DNA from: Steroidobacteraceae bacterium
GTDB taxonomy: Bacteria; Pseudomonadota; Gammaproteobacteria; Steroidobacterales; Steroidobacteraceae
Assembly (NCBI GenBank): GCA_035487135.1
Contig: DATHMN010000056.1
Coordinates: 6,428 to 70,427 of the forward strand
Direction of reading: 5' to 3'
DNA: 64,000 bases
This document shows, piece after piece, positions 54,526-61,873 of this stretch. Made by a program: the position numbers and the translations under genes. The notes below the pieces were generated by a model, which did not search any database, was not told the origin of the DNA, and worked only from the letters and a program-made list of their open reading frames with translations. Position 1 is the first letter of the stretch. Each line of letters begins with the position of its first letter.

Positions 54526-56238
54526 TCAACCGGGCTCCGGCCCGTCGTGTGAGGTGCCCTGCGCAACTCCGTGCACGGGTGCGGCACTGGTATGACGGCG
54601 CGGAAACCCCACGATGTTCGCAGCAGATGCACGCAGCTGTAGCGGCGGCGCCAGGCGCACCCGTCGCCATTCGGGAGCGGAAGCCAGCTTCAGGTAGCCG
54701 CTGAGATCGGGCAGCTGCTCAATCTGCGAGCCCAAGACCGCCGCCTCTACTGCCTGCTGCTCGGCGCGCGTGACCGAGGAAATCAACTCTGCACCGCGGC
54801 GCGAGCGCGCCGTCATGATGCGCGTGACTTCGCGATCGCCGATCAGCCGCGAGGCGAACCGCGAGGTGCCACCGTGCTCACTGCCCGAGCAGCGCAGGAT
54901 CAACGTGTTGGAACAGTTTTCTATGAGTGTCTGCGCTTCACCGTGCCCGTAGGTTGAGGAAACCTGGGCAATCGATTGCAGGCCCAGAACGCAGCGCCCG
55001 CCGAATTTCCGCAGTCGCGCCAGTGCGTCCTTCAAGCCGTCGATCTGACCCAGGGCATCGAGTTCATCGACGACGAACCAAAGCCGCTGGTCCCCCTCCT
55101 CACCGTTCATCGCCTCAAAGATGGCGAGGCGCATCCACGCGGAAATGGTCGAGCGCAGTGCGGCAATCTGGCCGGCGCGGTAGGGCAGGAACAGTACCCC
55201 GCCGTGCTCGGGCGCCTGGGACGAAGCTCCCTGAACCCAGTCGCGCACCGCGAGCGGCGCACTTCGCTGGCGTGCAACGTAGGCGAGCGAGCTGACCGCG
55301 GAGCTGGTGACCGAACGGATCGAATCGAACATGCGGCCGTTGTGCTCCTCGAGAAAGGGCTGCGCGGGCGTGCCTGCCACTAACGTCCGCAGCTCGCCGG
55401 TGCCGGCCACGACCAGCAGACGGTAGAGTTCGCTGACATCACGGTTGCCGGCCGCGCGCGCCTGCGCGGTCACGGCGCTGAAGAAGGTGCGCGCGTAGCC
55501 CCGCCAGCTGCGGTCCGGGCCCTCGTGGTCGGGTATCAGCGAGCGGGCGAGCTGTTCGACGTCGTAGTCGCTGCGGATCTCGCCGAACAGATCCCAGCGC
55601 GCCGAACGCGCCTCGAAGGGATTGAGGATCTGGTCGCCGCGCTGCGCCCGATAGAAGCGTCGCAGGTAGCCGCCGTCCGGGTCAGCGATGACCGCGCGGT
55701 CACCGCGTGCCAGTGCGCTCTGCAGCATCTCACCGATGGCGGTGCTCTTGCCGGTGCCGGTCGTGCCGATCAGCTTGAAGTGCTTAACCTCATCGTCCGC
55801 AGCCACCGGCGTGCCTGCAAGCGTGATGACCGCTGCCGAAGGGGCCCGCTCAGGCGCGCGGCCGCGGCCGGGCACGCGCGCCGGAGTCGCGGCTTCCATC
55901 TCCACCACCAGCGCTCCGCGGAGCTGATGCACGACCTCGGCGGCGGGCCGCGCCAGTGCCCGACCTGCGGTGTAGCTCAGCCCCGCGCACAGGCCGATGA
56001 CTCCCGCCAGTTGCAGCGCACCCTCGCCCAGTGACACGCCGAACGCACTCGCGGCTGCCAGTCCGGCGCCGGCGGCCAGCGTCAATGGAGCTGCCACTAG
56101 CGGCGACAGCAGCAAGCGGCGTGCCGATGCACCAGCGCGGACCATGCCCGCGATGAGCGGCGTCTGCACCACCGCGTAGGCTGACAGCAGGCCTGACCAG
56201 CCATGCAGCAGCGCCGCGCCGGACTGCAGCCCGCTCAT
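54526..56238 (-). CDS. virD4: type IV coupling protein paralog B (TrwB/VirD4 family)
   Basis: Start MSGLQSGAALLHGW makes an ATGA overlap with virB11. Several N-terminal TM helices. LIGTTGTGKST, WFVVDELDALG. The tracked 683-aa ORF is an extension. Confidence 0.85.
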   Translation of the reverse strand: MSGLQSGAALLHGWSGLLSAYAVVQTPLIAGMVRAGASARRLLLSPLVAAPLTLAAGAGLAAASAFGVSLGEGALQLAGVIGLCAGLSYTAGRALARPAAEVVHQLRGALVVEMEAATPARVPGRGRAPERAPSAAVITLAGTPVAADDEVKHFKLIGTTGTGKSTAIGEMLQSALARGDRAVIADPDGGYLRRFYRAQRGDQILNPFEARSARWDLFGEIRSDYDVEQLARSLIPDHEGPDRSWRGYARTFFSAVTAQARAAGNRDVSELYRLLVVAGTGELRTLVAGTPAQPFLEEHNGRMFDSIRSVTSSAVSSLAYVARQRSAPLAVRDWVQGASSQAPEHGGVLFLPYRAGQIAALRSTISAWMRLAIFEAMNGEEGDQRLWFVVDELDALGQIDGLKDALARLRKFGGRCVLGLQSIAQVSSTYGHGEAQTLIENCSNTLILRCSGSEHGGTSRFASRLIGDREVTRIMTARSRRGAELISSVTRAEQQAVEAAVLGSQIEQLPDLSGYLKLASAPEWRRVRLAPPLQLRASAANIVGFPRRHTSAAPVHGVAQGTSHDGPEPG

Positions 56239-57293
56239 CGCTGCAGCCCGCGCGTGCCGCCGGCAGCGGCCAGCTTGCGCGCTGGCTGGAACCAGATCTC
56301 GCGGATCACGCGCTGATGTCGTTCGGTGGCGCACTGGATCACCACATCGATGAGCAGGTGCAGAAGACCGCGAATATCGCGGCGCGCGAGCGCGCGTCCC
56401 GCCGGACTCTGTTTGACCAGCAGCACCAGCTGCTCGAAGGCGAGCGTCGCGCTGGTTGCATGCACGCTGGTGATGGATCCCGGGTGTCCAGAGTTGACAT
56501 TGCGCAGATAGTCGAACGCCTCGGCCGCGCGCAGCTCCGCGAGCAGAATCCGGTCCGGGCGCATCCGCAGGCAGCACTCCAGCAGCTGTTGCGGCGTGAC
56601 CCGTGCCAGTCCCTGATCGTCCTTGCTGTAGAACAGCCGCACATGATTGGCGTGCTGATCGAGCACCAGCTCGCGGGCATCCTCGATGGTGATCAGACGC
56701 TCCTCTGCCGGAATCTCCCGGATAAGTGCCTTGGTCCAGGTGGTCTTCCCCGAACCGGTCGCTCCGGACACGACAATGTTCTTGCGTGCCCGCACTGCCA
56801 GACGCAGAAAGGCGATGTACTCGCGCGCCGCGTGCAGCCGCTCGAGTTCCGCGTCACCGCCCGCATCCGCCGCAGCGCCGCGCAATCCGGCGAAGGCGCC
56901 GCGCTCTGCCAGTGCTTCGATCGGCCAGACGACGTCCGCCGGGCGGCGAATGGTGATCGCGACGCAGCCGAGCGTGGTCGCCGGCGGCAACACGATTTGC
57001 ACGCGCTCGCCCGAAGGCAGCGCCGCTGATAGCAGCGGCGTGGTTTCGTCCACGCGTTGGCGGGTCACGTTGGCGACCAGCTTCGCCAGGCGCCGGCACC
57101 AGTCGAAATCCGCAAACGGTGCCTCGGCGCGGCTCCAGCCGCGAGGGGTCTCCACGAAGATCTCGCGCGGCCGGTTGATGCATACCTCGCTCACATCCGG
57201 GTGCGCCAGCCACGGTCGCAGCGCGCGCAACGTGAGATCGAGCGCAGACAGTTCCGCGACGACAGCGGGCGCGCCAGCGGAGTTAGCGGCCAT
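56235..57293 (-). CDS. virB11: VirB11-family T4SS ATPase
   Basis: VVSGATGSGKTTWTKAL, ITIEDARELV, LRMRPDRILLAELR, and NSGHPGSITSVHA (His box). Confidence 0.9.
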   Translation of the reverse strand: MAANSAGAPAVVAELSALDLTLRALRPWLAHPDVSEVCINRPREIFVETPRGWSRAEAPFADFDWCRRLAKLVANVTRQRVDETTPLLSAALPSGERVQIVLPPATTLGCVAITIRRPADVVWPIEALAERGAFAGLRGAAADAGGDAELERLHAAREYIAFLRLAVRARKNIVVSGATGSGKTTWTKALIREIPAEERLITIEDARELVLDQHANHVRLFYSKDDQGLARVTPQQLLECCLRMRPDRILLAELRAAEAFDYLRNVNSGHPGSITSVHATSATLAFEQLVLLVKQSPAGRALARRDIRGLLHLLIDVVIQCATERHQRVIREIWFQPARKLAAAGGTRGLQR

Positions 57294-58482
57294 CGGAGGT
57301 GCGCAGCTCATATACGGATCTGAAATCGAGGTCACGCGCGACCAGGATCTGGATGCGGTCACCGTTTTGCTTCAGCACGGTCGGCGGAATGCTCAGCGTG
57401 CCCTTCAGCACTTCGGTGAGCACGTCCTGCGATCCGGACGGCGCGTAGATCACAGATCCGCCCGAGCGATTAGCAGCCTGCACGCCTGCCTGCACCGCGC
57501 CGTCGATCACCGAGATCAGGATCGCGGCGCCGAAGCGCTGCCAGAAATGGTGCTCCACCGCGCCCGGCAGTCCGGCGCGACCGAGCTCATCGGTGCCCGG
57601 CGAGTCCAGCGGCACCACCACGCCGGTGGGAGTGCGTGCCTCGCTCCACAGCACGAAGACGCGCGCCTGTCCCTGCTGCACCTGGCCGCGGGTCTCGCCC
57701 ACGAGTTTGGTGCCGCGCTCGAGCAGCACGACCTTGCCGTCAGCGCTGAACGTGTCGGCGGCAGTCACGCAGGTCGTCATGCCGGGGAGCGTGGAATCGA
57801 TTGCCGTTTCCAGCGTGCAGTCGATGAAAGCCCCCTTCGGCAGGAGCAGTCGCGCGCTCGGCAGAATCTGAGCCAGTGCCGCGGACGTGTCACTCGGGCG
57901 CAGCCATGCAGTCAACGTGCCGCTGCCGTCGCGCTCACCCGCGCGCGCTGCGGTGCCCTCGCCGCCTGCCGCGGGCGTAACCGTCTCGCCGCTCGCGGCG
58001 CCCGCAGCTGCCGCGGCAGACTCGCGCGCAAACACCGCGCCCGAGAGACGCCGCTCGCGCGCCAGTTCCAGCGGAGTTTTTCCAGCAGGCCCGGCGGGCG
58101 TGCCTGCTGCAGCAACGCTCGATGCGGGTACGGGCGTGGCCGTCTCGGCGAGCGGCTGTTCGGCAATAGTCGGTGGCAGCGGTGGCGGCTCAGGAGCTGG
58201 AACCGGCAGCGGCGGCTGTGCGATCGGACCCAGCGAGGGCAGTGCCATCTCGCTCTGGGCACGGTTACTGGTGCTCGACTGTGCGGCTGCGCGCGCCTGA
58301 CGGTGTCTGCTGATGGCGTGCGCGTAGTACCAGGTGAGCGCCGACACGCCCATGACGATCATCAGGCCAGCCGCGAGCAAACTGCTCAGGCGCGATCGCA
58401 CGCTGCGCGCGGCGTTGACCAGCGCGCTGCCGCGCTCGCCGCGCACCTGCCGCACAAGATCCTCTGGCTCGGGCGCGTTCAC
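57283..58482 (-). CDS. virB10: VirB10/TrbI family T4SS protein
   Basis: N-terminal TM helix, Pro-rich linker (PPLPVPAPEPPPLPP) and a C-terminal beta-barrel domain block (GTDELGRAGLPGAVEHHFWQRFG). GTG start in a GTGA overlap with virB9. Confidence 0.85.
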   Translation of the reverse strand: MNAPEPEDLVRQVRGERGSALVNAARSVRSRLSSLLAAGLMIVMGVSALTWYYAHAISRHRQARAAAQSSTSNRAQSEMALPSLGPIAQPPLPVPAPEPPPLPPTIAEQPLAETATPVPASSVAAAGTPAGPAGKTPLELARERRLSGAVFARESAAAAAGAASGETVTPAAGGEGTAARAGERDGSGTLTAWLRPSDTSAALAQILPSARLLLPKGAFIDCTLETAIDSTLPGMTTCVTAADTFSADGKVVLLERGTKLVGETRGQVQQGQARVFVLWSEARTPTGVVVPLDSPGTDELGRAGLPGAVEHHFWQRFGAAILISVIDGAVQAGVQAANRSGGSVIYAPSGSQDVLTEVLKGTLSIPPTVLKQNGDRIQILVARDLDFRSVYELRTSDGR

Positions 58483-59276
58483 GGGGCACCTCGTGTCACG
58501 CGCTCGACAGCGGGCGCGACCGTACCGGAATCGAGGCGCTCGCCCATGCCGGTAAACCCTTGATTCACGATGCAGCCGGTGAGCCGCCCGCGCCGCAGGG
58601 TGTAACGGCGTGCCACGCGCTGCACCACCAGCTCGCGACCTTCGATGTCGAAGTTCACCAGTGATTCGCTGCCATCATCGTTGCGCACGAAGATAGCCGG
58701 CAGCTCCTGTTGGGAGGCGAAACTGAGCCGTGTCTGCACACCGTCGTCCCAGGCCGACTGCGGCTTAAGCTGCGGACTGCCGCAATAGCTGTAATTGAGG
58801 TTGTGCCAGCGTGCTGCCGGAGCTGCCGCCAGGCGACGCTCGATGCGCTCCGCGCCTGCGGCTGCGCGCGCGTAGCTGAAGCGCAGTACATAGACCACAT
58901 CGCCCGTGGTCGCATCGGGATGGCGTTCGCTCGCGCTATAGTCGAAATGATAGGCGCGGCGTGTGGTGAGCACGGTGAGGTTGGTATCAATCCCACCTGC
59001 ACGCGGCTTGAGAAACAGATGATTGTCCTGGGCCGCGAAAGTCAGACTGTCGAGATCCCCGGTGCCGAGACCGATGAAACTCTCTCCCGGTTCGAACTCG
59101 AGATCGATTTGGTAGCCCACGTAGCCCTTCACCCGGTAGACCTCGTCCGCCGCGTACACCAGTGTCTGGATGCGGGCATCACCGGCTTGCGCGACCGCTC
59201 CGGCGCTCAAGGTGACCCAGGTGAGGCAGAACAGGAGGTAGCGACACGCGCGAGCCGCACCGGCCGCACTCCTCAT
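58479..59276 (-). CDS. virB9: VirB9/CagX/TrbG family T4SS protein
   Basis: Signal peptide. VYRVKGYVGYQIDLEFEPGE...FAAQDNHLFLKP...NLNYSYCG. Confidence 0.85.
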   Translation of the reverse strand: MRSAAGAARACRYLLFCLTWVTLSAGAVAQAGDARIQTLVYAADEVYRVKGYVGYQIDLEFEPGESFIGLGTGDLDSLTFAAQDNHLFLKPRAGGIDTNLTVLTTRRAYHFDYSASERHPDATTGDVVYVLRFSYARAAAGAERIERRLAAAPAARWHNLNYSYCGSPQLKPQSAWDDGVQTRLSFASQQELPAIFVRNDDGSESLVNFDIEGRELVVQRVARRYTLRRGRLTGCIVNQGFTGMGERLDSGTVAPAVERVTRGAP

Positions 59277-59288
59277 GAGCGCACCCCC

Positions 59289-59999
59289 TCAGCCCTTGTT
59301 GCCGGCAGCTGGCGGACCGAGCGCCTCCGGCTCGGCGGTCAGCTCCAGCACCTTGAAGCCGAGCGGATTCCAGCGCCGCACACGCGGATCCGCCGACGGT
59401 GCGGCGTAGGCGTATTGGATGGTCGCGATCCAGTGGGTCAGGCGCTCCTCGGCGCCGCTCGCCGCGCGTTCAGCTTTCAGATAGCGCACCTGGGCGAGAT
59501 CGGTGAGGCCAGTGACGCGCTGAAAGAAACTCACGGCCTCGACCTGTACGCGCACCGTGCTGCCATCCTTGTGGAGGTTGAGTGGCGACGCCGGATTATT
59601 TTGATTCCACTGCGCGTACCAGGCCTGATTACGCTGTGCCGCATGGAATGCGCCGCACTCTTCGTAATCGGATTCCGCGGTCGAGAAATTGAAGCGCTCG
59701 CACACGCTGATGTAATGCGCCAGGAAATAGCGCGTCACCGTCTGCTGCATGCCATCAGTGCCGGTGTACACCGGCACTACGTCGACGATCCCGGTGCTGG
59801 TATCAACGCGCACCACGAACGGCTCCACGTGTTTGAGCGGCATGAGCAGCAACAGACAGGCACTGAGGGCGAGCACGCACAGCCAGCCCACCGCGGCCAC
59901 CTGCCAGGCGCGGCGCGCGCCGCGCCGTGCCGCGGCCGTGCGGTCGGCATCCCAGGAGGTTGCCTCGCGGAAGTACGCCTGCAGCGACGGATCGCTCAC
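59289..59999 (-). CDS. virB8: VirB8 family T4SS protein
   Basis: YFREATSWDADR, TM helix, and an NTF2-like periplasmic domain (EPFVVRVDTSTGIVDVV...VTRYFLAHYI). GTG 59999 makes a GTGA overlap with the virB7 stop. Confidence 0.8.
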   Translation of the reverse strand: MSDPSLQAYFREATSWDADRTAAARRGARRAWQVAAVGWLCVLALSACLLLLMPLKHVEPFVVRVDTSTGIVDVVPVYTGTDGMQQTVTRYFLAHYISVCERFNFSTAESDYEECGAFHAAQRNQAWYAQWNQNNPASPLNLHKDGSTVRVQVEAVSFFQRVTGLTDLAQVRYLKAERAASGAEERLTHWIATIQYAYAAPSADPRVRRWNPLGFKVLELTAEPEALGPPAAGNKG

Positions 60000-60133
60000 G
60001 ATGCATCCCGCGCGTCGGCGGCCGCGTGCAGCGGAGTCGGATTGATCGGCTGCAACGGCCCGCGGCAGCGTGGCTCTGAAGAGGCGCAGGCGCACAGCGC
60101 GACTGCCAGCAGAGCGAGGAGATATTTGCTCAT
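59996..60133 (-). CDS. virB7: VirB7-like lipoprotein (45 aa, below ORF-track threshold)
   Basis: Own translation: MSKYLLALLAVALCACASSEPRCRGPLQPINPTPLHAAADARDAS. Lipobox-like LCAC. C-x-G-P-x-x-P-[IL]-N resembles the A. tumefaciens VirB7 CKGPIFPLN motif as recalled. A GGAGA SD lies 6 nt upstream. Confidence 0.7.
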   Translation of the reverse strand: MSKYLLALLAVALCACASSEPRCRGPLQPINPTPLHAAADARDAS

Positions 60134-60145
60134 GGATGTCTCCGG

Positions 60146-61105
60146 TTAGGGCTGGCGCCAGAAGGCGCTTTGCACGGTGACCTGCCGCACGGCCGGCGCC
60201 GGGTTTGCGGCGAGCGCTTGCGTGGCCAACACCGCGACGCCACCGGCGGCAGCACTGCTGCGTCGCAGACCCCAGCTCACGAAGCGACTCACGGTGCCAA
60301 AACTGGTCAGTGCGATGCCACCGGCAAGCGCCGCGGAAATCGGCATGACCTGGCGCAACAGCAAGAACACCAGCACCGCGATCAACACCATGTTGAGCGC
60401 GTCGACCGTGACGATGGCCGCGCCACGCGCGGCCGTCTGTGCCGCATAAGACTCGACAATCTGCAGCAGTAGCGCCGCGACCAGTACGGTGAGCACGGTA
60501 ATCAGGGCGTAGTTGGCCAGCTGCGCGGTCCAGGCCTCAAAAAAGCGCCGCGTGGCGTCGAACAGCAGCAGCGTGACGAACAGCGGCCCGAGAGCCAACA
60601 GCACCGCGAGCGCGATCGCCGAGAGCGCGATCAGAAACATCGTGTAGACACACAGCAGCCCCATCAGCACCCACACGACGGCGCCGGCGACGTAATAGCC
60701 GAAGTCTCCGCTGAACACACCGCCGTTGTTCCAGAGGAAGTCGGCCACGGCACCGCCGCGCTCCCAGATCGCATCCACGGTCGCGACCGGGTCTTGGGCA
60801 CCGACGACGGCCGCCGCGAGCTCGGCGGGCGCCTGATAGAAGGTGTCGACCAAGAGTGCGTTGTAGAGCCAAAGATGCAGAGCGAGGCCGAGGATCACTG
60901 CGAGGGTGATCAAGCGCTTGAGACCGGTGACGAACGGCTCTTCGATGCGGCCGGTCAGCTGCAGGTAGCCCCAGACCATGACGTAAACCGTGGCGAGTGT
61001 GATGATCGCAGGCTCGAGCGCCTCGGCCACCCGCGCGGTGTTGTCACTGATGTAGCCGGAGAGCTGGCCATTGAGCCAGTTCCAGAACGTCGCGAAGAAG
61101 CCCAT
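60146..61105 (-). CDS. virB6: VirB6/TrbL family T4SS inner-membrane protein
   Basis: 319 aa, polytopic, in the canonical position between virB5 and virB7. Confidence 0.8.
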   Translation of the reverse strand: MGFFATFWNWLNGQLSGYISDNTARVAEALEPAIITLATVYVMVWGYLQLTGRIEEPFVTGLKRLITLAVILGLALHLWLYNALLVDTFYQAPAELAAAVVGAQDPVATVDAIWERGGAVADFLWNNGGVFSGDFGYYVAGAVVWVLMGLLCVYTMFLIALSAIALAVLLALGPLFVTLLLFDATRRFFEAWTAQLANYALITVLTVLVAALLLQIVESYAAQTAARGAAIVTVDALNMVLIAVLVFLLLRQVMPISAALAGGIALTSFGTVSRFVSWGLRRSSAAAGGVAVLATQALAANPAPAVRQVTVQSAFWRQP

Positions 61106-61120
61106 GCTACCTGCTCCGCG

Positions 61121-61828
61121 CTACGGCTGTGGCTGGAAGCGTGCGCTGAACTGGCCGTGCCCGGCGAGCGCCAGTTCGTGCTGGTGCTGCGTGTCCGACC
61201 ACTGCTGCCCCTGCAGCGCCTGGTACAGCACCTGCAGCTTGGTCTGCTCGCCCTGCAGCATGCCGCTCTCGGCGCCGATGCGGGCTTGCAACTCCAGCAC
61301 CGCCTTCTGGTCACCGGCGTTGCCAATCGCACTGATGAGCTGTTGCAGCTCGCCGAAGCGGCCGCTGGCGTTGGCGAGCGCCTGATGCGACAGGCCTTGG
61401 AGCAGCGCGACCGTCTGGCGGCTAGCCTGCAGCTGCGCGCTCGCGGCCGGGGCAAGCGCAGACAGCTGGGGCATCGAGAGCACGGCTGCGTTCTTGAGTG
61501 CGGACTGCAGTTGCGCGTACAGCGCCGGGTACGAACCCGGGCCCTGCAGCACATTCTCGAGGCTCGCCCAGTCGGCGGGCAGGTAGTTGCGCGCCACCCC
61601 GGCGAGCAGCTGCTGCATGCCGCGTTGCCCGGTGATGGACTGATATTGCGCCTGCGCCTGCGCCAGTTCATCGCGCGCGGTGTCGAGCTGCTGCTCAAGG
61701 GTCTGCACTTCAGAGATGAGTTGTGCGACCGAGGCGACGTCGATCACCGCGAACTGCGCCCGCGCCGCGGGCGCAGTGGCGAGCAGCATCGTCAACAGAA
61801 GCAGCGTGCGGGGCGTGCGGATGAGCAT
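61121..61828 (-). CDS. virB5: VirB5-like T4SS minor pilus protein
   Basis: Signal peptide, then QFAVIDVASVAQLISEVQTLEQQLDTARDELAQAQ, a helical protein. Position between virB4 and virB6. Confidence 0.65.
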   Translation of the reverse strand: MLIRTPRTLLLLTMLLATAPAARAQFAVIDVASVAQLISEVQTLEQQLDTARDELAQAQAQYQSITGQRGMQQLLAGVARNYLPADWASLENVLQGPGSYPALYAQLQSALKNAAVLSMPQLSALAPAASAQLQASRQTVALLQGLSHQALANASGRFGELQQLISAIGNAGDQKAVLELQARIGAESGMLQGEQTKLQVLYQALQGQQWSDTQHQHELALAGHGQFSARFQPQP

Positions 61829-61873
61829 GACGATCTCCTCGGATTGCGACTGAGGTTTGCGGGTAAGGGTTCT

